Shown: positions 18,140 through 28,187 of the stretch, piece after piece
Layout of the letters: each line of letters opens with the position of its first letter
Position numbering within the stretch: position 1 is the stretch's first letter
Assembly (NCBI GenBank): GCA_964558645.1
Contig: CAZLEV010000002.1
Coordinates: 224,001-288,000 of the forward strand
Reading direction: 5' to 3'
DNA: 64,000 nucleotides
From: an uncultured archaeon
GTDB taxonomy: Archaea; Asgardarchaeota; Thorarchaeia; Thorarchaeales; Thorarchaeaceae
Notes under the pieces: generated by a model
Database searches by the model: none
Told to the model about the DNA's origin: nothing
The model's input: the letters and a program-made list of their open reading frames with translations, nothing else
Made by a program: the position numbers and the translations under genes

Positions 18140-18644
18140 ATGCGAAATCATGCTATCATCAAATTCCAGAGAATGCGGAACTTGTTTCTGTGTGTTGCCA
18201 CTCTTCCTGCTGTGAATCGCAGGTCTTGTCGCTGGAACGCAGAAGTATCTTACAGGGGAGGTTCACCAAATTGTAAGAAACAGATTATCAGGAACTTACT
18301 AAGACGAAAATCATCGAGATAGGTAGATGTCACTCCAAGATAACATTGGAAGAACTTAGTCGGCTCACAGGAAGCCGGTCGACAGGGTGCGAAACATCGT
18401 ATGCAATCCGATTTCAAGTGGAAACCTGAGTGGAACGATAGAAGGAATGACATTCATCCGTGACACTGCCGCTCCCGCAACGAAGACTGTTAAACGCGAG
18501 ATTATGGTGACTCGCAAGGTTCGGGAGAACTGCTTCAAGTGCAGAGCGAGCATCAATCCGCAAGAAGTCGAATGGATTGGGCCAGACACGGTAAGATGTT
18601 CACACTGCAGGGCAATACTATCTGTAAGAACCAAGAAACTGTGA
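18140..18644 (+). pseudogene. Decayed gene for a TM + PCI-like winged helix + Zn-finger protein
   Basis: Frame 1 KITLEELSRLTG (to 18372) joins frame 3 KPVDRVRNIV...ISSGNLSGTIEGMTFIR, followed by CFKC/CSHC; in-frame stops lie upstream. The 5' boundary is approximate. Confidence 0.6.
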
Positions 18645-18852
18645 TTGCCAGATCATCTGTGGTTTTAGATACTGTCCCACATCATCTGACGGTACCATAC
18701 GTATCAAAGACAGTTCCTTACTATCAGTTCCAAAAGACTCGTCGGTCGGACGGGTTCACAGGAGATTAGCCTTCCAAAAAGATGGTTACATTGGAACACG
18801 CGTTCCAAATGGCAGTAGCAATAGAACCGGGATGCTTCGCTTAGGATGGGTA

Positions 18853-20193
18853 TTACTGAGGGGCGCTCTGCTGAAGAGGAGATTCTAACTCAGATGGCCC
18901 CTTAGATTTCGATGCCATTTGCTGATTTGCCCGATCCTCCAAGTTCCGTGCTGCTGGTGCAAGCATAACCGCCGCACTCAGTACCGCGGTCACAACACCA
19001 GAGATTAGAAACCAGAGGGGTACGCCAAAGGCATCAGCAAATGGGCCTGCAAATGCAAGACCCACGGGCGACATTGCAGATGCACCACTTACGATGAGCG
19101 CAAAGACACGCCCTTGCATGTCGGCGGGAATAGTAATCTGAAGGAGAGCAAGGATCAGTCCATTGAATATGGGAATCATGAATCCGACTAAGAAGAGCAT
19201 CAATACAGCAAAGTGGAGATAGTCGGGTGGCGTGAGGCCGACAAGGACGGTCCCGACTCCCTCAATTACGAGAGCAAAGAGTGCTACTCGCATCTTCCGA
19301 CTTGGGCCACCCCAGATCGTGAGGAGTACTCCTCCGAGAACCATTCCTAAGGAGCTGGCGGACTGGAGAAGAGCGAGTGTGACCTCATCACCTCCGAAAT
19401 GAACGGTGCTAAGAATCGGTATAAGAGAGAAGGCTGGAGTCGATACCAGGTTCAATACCATTGCGAGAGCAAGAATCAGAATTGCCCCTGGCCAACCGCG
19501 TAGAAATCTCAAGCCTTCGACCATGTCCTTCAACGGATTACTCCCCGCCTCCATCGTTTCCTGTGGGGGTTTTGGGATGCGAATGAAAGCCAAGGACGAC
19601 ACAGCAGCCGCTGCAGTTAGGACATCAACTAGCAGGAGCTGATGCATGGGCAGGATGACAAATAGGAGAGCTGCAACGGGCGGGGCCAGCACGTTGGCGA
19701 GGCCATTCAGAGCCTGATTCATGCCGCCAACACGTGGAAGCTGATCCTCGGGAACAAGCATTGTTGTCGATGCTTGCATCGCTGGCCAATGAAAGGAACC
19801 CAGTACTGACCCGAGCAGTATGACAGCATACATATGCCATATCTGAACAATGCCAGGCAGAGCGAAGGAATTCAGATAGAACAGAAGTGCCAAACCTCCC
19901 GTGAGAACTGCAGTGAGCGAGTCTGCCACAATCATGACATGCCTACGATCCCATCTGTCGACCAGAGAGCCAGCAAAGGGAGTAATAGCAACCTGTGGAG
20001 CGACGGCTGCTATTGATGCTATTGCAAGAACCGTTGCAGACCCGGTCTCCAGAGTAAGCCACCAAACGATAACGAAACGGACCAGACGGCTACCGAAAAG
20101 CGAAAACGCCTGTCCCACCCACATGGTAGCAAATGGTTTCATCGATGCTGGGCGATGGATCTCACGCCCCGCAGGTGATTGCGTTTCGTTCAT
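18853..20193 (-). CDS. MFS transporter, DHA3/MefA-like
   Basis: WVGQAFSLFGS, GSLVDRWDRR, FHWPAMQAS, QGRVF; about 12 TM segments. Confidence 0.9.
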   Translation of the reverse strand: MNETQSPAGREIHRPASMKPFATMWVGQAFSLFGSRLVRFVIVWWLTLETGSATVLAIASIAAVAPQVAITPFAGSLVDRWDRRHVMIVADSLTAVLTGGLALLFYLNSFALPGIVQIWHMYAVILLGSVLGSFHWPAMQASTTMLVPEDQLPRVGGMNQALNGLANVLAPPVAALLFVILPMHQLLLVDVLTAAAAVSSLAFIRIPKPPQETMEAGSNPLKDMVEGLRFLRGWPGAILILALAMVLNLVSTPAFSLIPILSTVHFGGDEVTLALLQSASSLGMVLGGVLLTIWGGPSRKMRVALFALVIEGVGTVLVGLTPPDYLHFAVLMLFLVGFMIPIFNGLILALLQITIPADMQGRVFALIVSGASAMSPVGLAFAGPFADAFGVPLWFLISGVVTAVLSAAVMLAPAARNLEDRANQQMASKSKGPSELESPLQQSAPQ

Positions 20194-20440
20194 TATCAGG
20201 TCACGCTATGAAGGTGTGCGCTCGGAAGAGAGTTATAAGAGGTAGGTAACTAGCAAATGAAACCAATGCAAGAATCACCAAAGAGCACCCATCGCTAGGT
20301 TTCAATCAAGTGGCTCTGACGGGATTGAGCCGATGCTGGCATCGGTACGAATTCCAGTCCTGTCTGAGAGAAGCCCTGAAGAGTGCCGGTAACACAAATG
20401 CCTTTGATATGTGGTTGAAGCAGAAACTAGAGTGCTCCAA

Positions 20441-21067
20441 ATGGAAGGACCTGCAGTTCATCTCGCAGCAAGACAACTCAGTGTACTCGAGGGGCAGACC
20501 ATCCAAGAGGTACGTGGGAATACCCCTAGGCCCCTTGTTCGCCTACAAGGCGAGGAAATTGAAAAGGTACGAGCCATTGGAAATCGTCTCTTCATTGATA
20601 CAACTGGTCCATCCATGGTGACTGACTTCAGTATGGACGGTAGCTACAGTATCAACAATGATCAGGTAGACCCAGAGGAACTGGTCATCAGCTGTTCAAG
20701 AGACACGTTCAGTGTTTCCATCGACAACGTCAATGTATTGGATCCAGACAGCGATGAATACAGAGAACACAATCACCCGAGTCGCGATGTGCTGTCTGAA
20801 GATTTCGATAGAAAACGAGCCCTCAACGCGATGAGCAGCGATAACCGGGTTATCGCAGATGTACTGCTTGACCAAGACATATTCGGAGGTGTCGGGAGTA
20901 TCATACGGAACGAGACACTGCATGCGAGCAAGATTGACCCGAAGACTATATCTTCAAGCATTCCAAGAAGGAAAGCAGAGGAACTAGTTTCGCAGGTTAT
21001 CGAATTCGCGAACGGCTGGCTGGAGATAAAGACCAAGAGTGAGATTCTCCACCGCGTTCAGTTGTGA
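20441..21067 (+). CDS. Fpg/Nei-family DNA glycosylase-like protein (H2TH), degenerate/truncated
   Basis: MEGP start, LLDQDIFGGVGSIIRNETL H2TH motif; no N-terminal Pro and no Zn finger. Confidence 0.72.
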   Translation: MEGPAVHLAARQLSVLEGQTIQEVRGNTPRPLVRLQGEEIEKVRAIGNRLFIDTTGPSMVTDFSMDGSYSINNDQVDPEELVISCSRDTFSVSIDNVNVLDPDSDEYREHNHPSRDVLSEDFDRKRALNAMSSDNRVIADVLLDQDIFGGVGSIIRNETLHASKIDPKTISSSIPRRKAEELVSQVIEFANGWLEIKTKSEILHRVQL

Positions 21068-21160
21068 CTCCTTTAATGCTCTGTTCAAACAAGGATTCCG
21101 ATGATTAGCTACAGAATCATAGTCTGAGCCGAGGTAATCGGTGCTCGCGTTTCGGCCCTA

Positions 21161-22051
21161 TCACATCTTGGTAAAGAGCCATTCTATGAGACCTGTACCC
21201 TCTGCATCGCTACCGAGTAGCTTGTGTATTGCCATCTCTTCAAAGAGCTCAGTACGACCTCGGCCAAATTCCCGTTCAAATCGGACGAAAGAAGTCGGAG
21301 AAATGACCTTGGATTTGAATCTGTACTCATCATCGGTCTCAGTGATGACCGTGGTGAGGGCCCCAACTGGCATTCTGACTGGATCATCTACGAATTGAGT
21401 CTCGACATCCACAGATCTGACCTGAGCATATCCGTCCTTGGTTGAGAGTCCTCCAGACGGGTGGGCCTCTCCGTCCACAATGTCACGACGAAGACCAATA
21501 GAGAAATCGGGAAACTGAGCATGAAATGCATACCAACTATCTATGTGCCAATCACGAGCCCCCCAACTCTTGTCACGCTGCCCCAATCCGTTCAGTTGAA
21601 GGGTTCGTCCGTCTTCGATGTTGATAATCCCGGTGACCCGCCCCGATTGCTCGAAATGGCCGGCCCACGAAGTGCCACTCCCTCGCCCGAAGTCGAATGG
21701 CGGAAAACGGCCCTTCCATCGAATGTCTGCCTCCAGCGTGGGCCCCGTGAAGTTGATGGACCAATCACTCAAGGGTTTGTTCATCTTGAAGGACAGGTTC
21801 CCATCATCTAGAGCCTCCCCCATTTCGTCGGGAACAGAGCCCTCGGGCTCCATGAAATACACCTCTCGCCTGTCATCATAGAAGAGAGCAAATACAAACT
21901 CTCGTTTGTCCACGTTGGGTAGCAGCCCGATGGTTGTGAATCCGGATACCCCAGAGTCAGAATCCACCCAATTGAAGTAATAGCTCTCTCGCCAGTCTGG
22001 TCTCTCTCCAACCTTGTGCAGGTATTCGGCACTTGAATCGAGTTCAGTCAT
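21161..22051 (-). CDS. Beta-rich hypothetical protein (AttH/lipocalin-like double barrel)
   Basis: WRESYYFNW, HFEQSGRVTG, GQRDKSWGARDW motifs. Confidence 0.6.
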   Translation of the reverse strand: MTELDSSAEYLHKVGERPDWRESYYFNWVDSDSGVSGFTTIGLLPNVDKREFVFALFYDDRREVYFMEPEGSVPDEMGEALDDGNLSFKMNKPLSDWSINFTGPTLEADIRWKGRFPPFDFGRGSGTSWAGHFEQSGRVTGIINIEDGRTLQLNGLGQRDKSWGARDWHIDSWYAFHAQFPDFSIGLRRDIVDGEAHPSGGLSTKDGYAQVRSVDVETQFVDDPVRMPVGALTTVITETDDEYRFKSKVISPTSFVRFEREFGRGRTELFEEMAIHKLLGSDAEGTGLIEWLFTKM

Positions 22052-22077
22052 CTTTGGAGTTCTCCGATGTCGATTGT

Positions 22078-23235
22078 TCACTCAGGCAGCAGGTAGAATG
22101 TCGGGTCAGACTCCATCTCATCGTCGAGCCTGAACAGTCGAATGAAGGCAGGATCGGCCTCTTCGTCCATGAAGAACGGCACATGTTCTTCAATCACATC
22201 TGATGAGAGTTTCCAGTCTACTTTGTTGGTGATACCCACTCTGTCGGTGAATCGTTTGAATCCGCGCCAGTAGACCTCAGCACCAGCAATCAACAGCCTT
22301 CGTTTATCCCACTCAGCGAACTTCATGTATAACTCAGCTTGGGCCGCATCAGCTGCCTCAGCATACGCAGGGAGCTCGTCAAGTCCAAGACGTACCACCT
22401 TGTCGCCCTTCTTTGTGTACGCACCGATTCCCGTAACATACTTGGAGTAGTCACCTGGCTCAATAGTCATCGTTCCTATGTCATTGAATTTTGCATCCAC
22501 ACCCTTGATAGTCATTGCAACTCCAAGGGACGAGGTGGGCAGTTTTGCCTCAGTATCTGACCAAGGCATCCAGAGATCGCCCTGACCGTCATGCATGTTT
22601 GTGTATTCTGAGAAGACAAGAATCTCATCCTCGTTCACAGAGTAGGGCCCATGATCGATGATTTTCGCCCTTGCTTCACACTCGTCCAGGAAGGCATACA
22701 AGTCCACAGAACCCATTATTCGACGCGTCTTTTTGACCTGATCTTCTGAAACGGGTTCCATGATGCTCATCAACCAATCAACGGTCTCATTATCCATTGC
22801 ACGGTTGACTGCTCCCGATGCTGCGATGGTCGGCTCACCCGAGTTGAAGTAATTCGTTGCCAAACGGTACCAGTTTTCCAACATGTACTTCCATTGCTCT
22901 TGACGCTCAGCTGGCTCTTGTGACGGGTCACCATCCAGTTTATTGAAGATAACGCCCATCCTTGCCAATGCGTAGTATAGCCAGAGGTAGCTGATGGATA
23001 GACCATGTACCTCGGATAGCAGCGTCTTGCTCTGCTGCGCAAGCTCCTCGGGGGATATCCGCTCCCAGACCTGACTCGTGACATCATAGAGTCGTTCATA
23101 GGTCTGATAGAAACCGACACAGATGTATTCATTGACCGGAAAGAGCTCCGATTCAAGCAGTCCCCGTTCAACAAGAATGTCGGAGAATACACCGGATAGA
23201 TGTGCAATGAGTTTGTTGATTTCTCTGGTTTTCAA
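22078..23235 (-). CDS. Hypothetical protein, candidate substrate-binding subunit of the split dikinase
   Basis: 385-aa ORF with protein-like composition, divergent from the PEP-utiliser genes. The function is inferred from context only. Confidence 0.7.
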   Translation of the reverse strand: MKTREINKLIAHLSGVFSDILVERGLLESELFPVNEYICVGFYQTYERLYDVTSQVWERISPEELAQQSKTLLSEVHGLSISYLWLYYALARMGVIFNKLDGDPSQEPAERQEQWKYMLENWYRLATNYFNSGEPTIAASGAVNRAMDNETVDWLMSIMEPVSEDQVKKTRRIMGSVDLYAFLDECEARAKIIDHGPYSVNEDEILVFSEYTNMHDGQGDLWMPWSDTEAKLPTSSLGVAMTIKGVDAKFNDIGTMTIEPGDYSKYVTGIGAYTKKGDKVVRLGLDELPAYAEAADAAQAELYMKFAEWDKRRLLIAGAEVYWRGFKRFTDRVGITNKVDWKLSSDVIEEHVPFFMDEEADPAFIRLFRLDDEMESDPTFYLLPE

Positions 23236-23436
23236 GTGGATTCTACTCCTCTCTTGAGAAATCTGTCGAATGGTGGGTACGTATTAAAGATATCAGGAGA
23301 AGTGATGCGATGATTCGGCATCTTCTGATATCCGTGAAGACAATTGGGTAATCAACGACAAACACCGAACTGATGTTCATCATTCTTTTAAGATTCGCAT
23401 GGTGCGTAGTGAAAACCATTTGAGAGCGTTCCCATA

Positions 23437-23787
23437 TTGAAGAGAATTGGAAAAGGTCTAATCACATTGAAGTTGGAAGCCACTGGTGAACTCAGAGTAA
23501 TCGAGTCCATCCAAGATGTAATTAGCCTCTGGAAAGAAGGGGCGGAAGGAAAGATTGCCTTGGTCGAAGATGCGGGAACAACAACACTAGGCCCTATCAT
23601 GCCCAAGCTTGCAGGGGTCGTCTGCAGCTCTGGCGCACTTGGTTCACACCTAGCTATAGTAACGCGGGAATTTGAGATACCTGCACTTATGGGAACCACT
23701 CTTGAGACCGCTGAGAACCTAGATAGAAGATCTGTCACTATCCGCCCAGACGATAACGGCGCCGGACTCCTATTACTCAACGATTAG
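23437..23787 (+). CDS. Stand-alone PEP-utilising swivelling phospho-His domain
   Basis: GVVCSSGALGSHLAIVTREFEIPALMG matches the GG.TSHAAIVARE.GIP signature. Confidence 0.88.
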   Translation: MKRIGKGLITLKLEATGELRVIESIQDVISLWKEGAEGKIALVEDAGTTTLGPIMPKLAGVVCSSGALGSHLAIVTREFEIPALMGTTLETAENLDRRSVTIRPDDNGAGLLLLND

Positions 23788-23805
23788 AGGTGGGGATAGG
23801 TCAGT

Positions 23806-24789
23806 ATGACGGAGAGTCGAAATCTGAAGTTCTTAGACCAAATAGACCCGAATGAATCAGAAGGATACGGCGGGAAGACCTCGGGTCTTGCAAGGTTAAC
23901 CAGACAAGGCTTTCGGGTCCCTAAGGGATTTGCTGTTCCATGCGTCTATTTTCAGGACCTGCTCACAGTGAGACCTATGATTGGGCAAGCTCTAAGCAAC
24001 ATTAATGCGTCTACTGAACCGGAAGAGATTCTTCATGCATCGGCACTGATCAGAGATGCCCTCCAGGACTACACCCTCCCTGAGCACCTACAGAGAGAAA
24101 TCGAAGAGGCCTTCTCGAAGCTTGAGTGTGAATGCCTTGGAGCTCACGGTTACGCGGTGAGATCGTCAGCTAACATTGAAGACACAAGTACCGTTTCTTT
24201 CGCGGGACAGGCGACTACATCCCTCTGTGTTCCCGATCTCGAATCCGTCTTGACCTCGATAAGAGAGACTTGGTTTTCTCTCCTTTCGCTTGAGGGGCTG
24301 CTCTATCTGAAGGCGAAGAAAATCCGGATTGAAGATGTGCGCATGGGTGTTATTGTGCAGGAGATGGCAGCGGCAGATGTGTCAGGGGTTATGTTCACTG
24401 AAGATATCGTTGAGTCAAGGCCCGACAGAGTATTGATAGACTCGAGCTGGGGGCTTGGAGAAATGATTGTAGCGGGAAAGATTACGCCGGACAGCTTCGT
24501 CGTGCAGAAAGACCCACTTCATATCCTTCGGAGAAGATTGGGGTCGAAGAAGTTCATCGCAACGCCCAGTACAGGATCTGATCTGGACGGCTTCGCGGTC
24601 GCTGAAACATCAACCCAGAAGAGAGCAGAACTCTCGCTCGACGATGAACAGGTCCTGCAGATTGCAAGGACTGGATTGGAGGTTGAGGAGAAGATGGGGA
24701 CACCACAAGACATAGAGTGGTGTTTAGATGACAAAGGCATCATTCTTCTTCAGGCACGACCGATCACCACGCTCCAAAGCAGGTCCTAG
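23806..24789 (+). CDS. Stand-alone PEP-synthase/PPDK N-terminal ATP-grasp domain
   Basis: GGK, VPKGF, AVRSSA..ED...SFAGQ, VIVQEM, SGVMFT, WGLGE.IVAG..TPD, PQDIEW, LLQARPIT, then stop. Confidence 0.92.
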   Translation: MTESRNLKFLDQIDPNESEGYGGKTSGLARLTRQGFRVPKGFAVPCVYFQDLLTVRPMIGQALSNINASTEPEEILHASALIRDALQDYTLPEHLQREIEEAFSKLECECLGAHGYAVRSSANIEDTSTVSFAGQATTSLCVPDLESVLTSIRETWFSLLSLEGLLYLKAKKIRIEDVRMGVIVQEMAAADVSGVMFTEDIVESRPDRVLIDSSWGLGEMIVAGKITPDSFVVQKDPLHILRRRLGSKKFIATPSTGSDLDGFAVAETSTQKRAELSLDDEQVLQIARTGLEVEEKMGTPQDIEWCLDDKGIILLQARPITTLQSRS

Positions 24790-25022
24790 AACATGTTGAT
24801 GCAGATTGTCAGCGGCTTGATGAGCACAACATCATGCAGCAATCTCCCGGGTTATTCTTGACTCGCATGATTCAGGGCAAACTGAGGACGTTGCATGGGT
24901 CTCGGGTAGACCGCATTCTGGCCTGAGCCGCATCCCGTGCATTCATTTCGATGTCGTACAGCAAGCGATGTCAGTGCAGCATTATGCGCTTGACAGCTGA
25001 CCTAAATTGCAGAGAGAGCCGA

Positions 25023-25310
25023 TTATGGGGCCCTAAGGATACGCAGTGACTGACCGGGCTCGACAGCGATTGCGTCTTCGGGACAGGCGTCGACACATTT
25101 CATGCAGCCCATACACATGGAGGGCCATACCGGTGTAATCTTCCATCTCTCTGGGTTCCACGGGTCGGGATGTTCCTCCAATGTCGGATGCATGAGAAAC
25201 ACTGCTGGATCGCATACATACAGGCATTTCCTGCACTCACGAGGGTCTTGAGGGGCACCTGGGCCACATTTCGAGTAATCAATCGCGATCTTAGTCTTCT
25301 TCACCTTCAT
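25023..25310 (-). CDS. 4Fe-4S ferredoxin-like protein
   Basis: CRKCLYVC and CMGCMKCVDACP. Confidence 0.85.
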   Translation of the reverse strand: MKVKKTKIAIDYSKCGPGAPQDPRECRKCLYVCDPAVFLMHPTLEEHPDPWNPERWKITPVWPSMCMGCMKCVDACPEDAIAVEPGQSLRILRAP

Positions 25311-25315
25311 GCCTC

Positions 25316-26185
25316 CTAGTAGTTTCCCGCCTGACCCGGGACCTCCTCACGTGGAACCAGTTCGAGGGCATCATAATTGCATGCGTGTCTGCAGACACCA
25401 CAGCCGAAACACTTGTCCAAATCAACGACGACTCTTCCAACTGAAGGCAGGTACCTTAGGGCGTTGAACTGACACATGCTAACACACTGCTGACAGCCCT
25501 GACAATTATCTTGGTTGATGTTGATGACATACTCTGCCTTGTAAACGGTCTTCAGGCCGAAGTCGTTTCGGAGGCGGAGACCGCCACATTCAGGACTCTC
25601 ACAGGAACAGATTGCGTTGATGTACGGTATTGGCTGGAACCAAACAGAGGCCACGTATCCCTTCTTGTTCTGCCGTTCGAGGGCCTCAATTGCCTCTTCG
25701 CGGTCAAGACGATACTTGGTGTTTTCAGGGATATATCTCGGGAGTTTCTCGATGATGCCAGACAACTGACCAAAGTTGATACAGACAGCATCCTTTACAC
25801 CGCGTTGCATCCATCTGCACAGGCAGTAGTTCTTGATGATTGGCTCCGCAGCAAGGTTCCCGAGTATATGCTGGGCATCCTCAAGAGGAATCACCTGACC
25901 AAAGTGCCCGTCTGCTCGCTTCGGGACCCGAGCGTGACTCTCACTGTGTATCTGACGTTCTGCAGCTGCGCGCAAAACGCGTCCGATGATAGGCATCTGC
26001 ATCTTGTAGCCAAGACCAACCGAACTGAAGCCCATGACCTTTCGAATAAACAGCGTTTCCATGTTCTGCCACTGTTCTTCCAAGTATTCCCGCATGTTGT
26101 ATTCATCGGCTAGTTCGTCAGAATAGAGGCGAGCGTTGTTGTACCACTTACCGCCTTCTCCGTGCTTCATACACCATTCACACAA
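25316..26185 (-). CDS. 4Fe-4S dicluster-containing protein
   Basis: CQGCQQCVSMC, CFGCGVCRHAC, plus CLC and ICSC motifs. Confidence 0.87.
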   Translation of the reverse strand: MCEWCMKHGEGGKWYNNARLYSDELADEYNMREYLEEQWQNMETLFIRKVMGFSSVGLGYKMQMPIIGRVLRAAAERQIHSESHARVPKRADGHFGQVIPLEDAQHILGNLAAEPIIKNYCLCRWMQRGVKDAVCINFGQLSGIIEKLPRYIPENTKYRLDREEAIEALERQNKKGYVASVWFQPIPYINAICSCESPECGGLRLRNDFGLKTVYKAEYVININQDNCQGCQQCVSMCQFNALRYLPSVGRVVVDLDKCFGCGVCRHACNYDALELVPREEVPGQAGNY

Positions 26186-26329
26186 TTTGATTCACCGTGC
26201 CTGCTGAAGTACGACCATCAGAATTGCAGTATTTAAGACATGATGGCATATGGAGTGGTTACATCGTCACTAAGCTAAGTACTCCCACCTCCTTTGGAAC
26301 CTGTCTAACAGCACGGCGTCATGCCTTAG

Positions 26330-26512
26330 CGTTCATTGTATGTTGGACAAACTTGAACACCAGAGAGTTGTCCCCCTCAGCTAACGGCACTGGGTGGTTT
26401 CTGTCGTGGTCAGTGATACCGTGTGAGTGACCAGCCCTCAGTCATGGGCTGGAGGATATAGACTCCTACGCCGAAATGTCCAACTTCGTCCACGTTTTCA
26501 GTAGCTGTTGGT
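26330..26512 (+). repeat. Dispersed non-coding repeat family 1, copy B
   Basis: Aligns over its full length with the reverse complement of 6000-6176; contains hairpins TGGTCA/TGACCA and CCAGCCC/GGGCTGG. Confidence 0.9.
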
Positions 26513-26679
26513 GTACCAGATGTGCCTCACAAAGTCAGTGACAGCCAATCATTGAACGAGAAGCTGAGTTCTATCAGTTCACAGATAGAAGCCTTTCAAC
26601 CGAACAAAAACCCTTTTGTAGCCCATACATCTTCACTATTGATGCCTTCCTTAACAGCAGGAAGGAGGTATACCAAAAA

Positions 26680-27483
26680 ATGGCGGAAAAGGGACCCCTT
26701 GTCCTCGTCATGATTGTGGGCCTAGTTATTGGGCTTGGAGTGGGCTATGCAATTCCAACATTGCTAATCCCACCCGGAGAAACCACTGATCTCCTAGACA
26801 CAATCCAGAGCCGAGGATACATGGTCGTAGGTACTAGTTCTGGATGGCCACCATTCGAGATGGTCAACTCCACAACTCAGGAACTCTACGGCTTTGATAT
26901 AGATCTATGTGAACTGATAGCGAGTGAACTTGGAGTAGAAATCCAATGGTCCGATATGGACTTCGACGCACTGGTGGGTGCTGCCCAGACGGGTACAGTG
27001 GACCTTCTTGCGGCTGCAATGTTCATAACACCAGAGCGAGCCGACGTACTGGACCATTCAATCTGGTACATTCGTACAAACCAGATCGTCGTTGTAACAG
27101 GTGATTCCACCCTTGAGATCGAAAGTCTCGAGGATTTGGAAGGCTACACCGTTGGAGTACAGACAGGTACGGTCGAGGATGATGAACTCACTGACTTGGT
27201 CAGCGAAGGCGTCGGAATCACAATCCAGCGCTACCCACGGCCAGACACTCTGTTTGCGGATCTGGACGGCGGCACACTCGACGCGGTTTACGTAGATGAG
27301 CCAGTCATCACCGTTTACTCAAAAGCCTACAGTCTAAAGTCGATATTCACAGTACCGGCTCCACCGACTGCCCTCTTCATGAGGAAGGGTAATCCAGAAT
27401 TCAGGAATGCCGTGAATGATGTCATAGCAGAGGCATTTGCGGATGGATCACTGGATGAAATGATTGAGAAATGGTTCGGGTGA
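26680..27483 (+). CDS. Polar amino-acid ABC transporter substrate-binding protein
   Basis: N-terminal TM; VGTSSGWPPFE, GFDIDL, DFDALV, ITPER, VGVQTGT. Confidence 0.93.
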   Translation: MAEKGPLVLVMIVGLVIGLGVGYAIPTLLIPPGETTDLLDTIQSRGYMVVGTSSGWPPFEMVNSTTQELYGFDIDLCELIASELGVEIQWSDMDFDALVGAAQTGTVDLLAAAMFITPERADVLDHSIWYIRTNQIVVVTGDSTLEIESLEDLEGYTVGVQTGTVEDDELTDLVSEGVGITIQRYPRPDTLFADLDGGTLDAVYVDEPVITVYSKAYSLKSIFTVPAPPTALFMRKGNPEFRNAVNDVIAEAFADGSLDEMIEKWFG

Positions 27484-27490
27484 TTGAGAA

Positions 27491-28183
27491 ATGCAGCAGG
27501 CGCCACCGAGTCTCCTTGAACTGTTCATCAACGTGATCACGTTCGGCTTGCCGTGGACCCTGCTGCTCACTGTTTTATCCCTGATCGGCGGTTTTGTCAT
27601 TGGCGTCCTTCTGGCGCTAGGTGGAGTCTATGGACCACGAGAAGTACAGTGGGTGGCGAAGGGCTACGAGAGAATCTTCAGAGGTGTACCTCTCCTCGTC
27701 TTGCTCTTTCTATTCGCAGTAGCCACACCCATTTTCTACAATATCTTTGGACCTGGTCTACCGGCTATTGTTTCGGCTGCAATATTCTCTCTTGCAATCA
27801 GAAGCGCCGCATATCAGTCGCAGATATTCCGAGGCGCCATCCTCTCGGTTGAAGAGGGACAGATGCAAGCGGCTCAATCCCTTGGAATGACAGACACACA
27901 GGCAACTCGTAACATAGTGCTACCACAGGCCTTCCGACTGGCTCTGCCCAGCTGGTCCAACGAATATGCCGTGGTGATCAAGGATACTGCGTATGCATTG
28001 GCAATAGGTGTACCTGAGATGGTAAAGATTAGTTACAATCTTTCAGTTGACTACCCTGCATACTTCTTCATAATAATGCTGGTGATTACTGTAATCTACT
28101 TTCTCTTCACATATCCGGTTACGACCTTCGTGGGGGAGAGAATGACAAGGAAACTCAGAGACTTAGGGCTTGGAGGTAGATAG
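27491..28183 (+). CDS. Amino-acid ABC transporter permease
   Basis: FRGVPLLV, SAAYQSQIFRG, GQMQAAQSLGM, IVLPQA, IKDT. Confidence 0.93.
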   Translation: MQQAPPSLLELFINVITFGLPWTLLLTVLSLIGGFVIGVLLALGGVYGPREVQWVAKGYERIFRGVPLLVLLFLFAVATPIFYNIFGPGLPAIVSAAIFSLAIRSAAYQSQIFRGAILSVEEGQMQAAQSLGMTDTQATRNIVLPQAFRLALPSWSNEYAVVIKDTAYALAIGVPEMVKISYNLSVDYPAYFFIIMLVITVIYFLFTYPVTTFVGERMTRKLRDLGLGGR

Positions 28184-28187
28184 AAAA

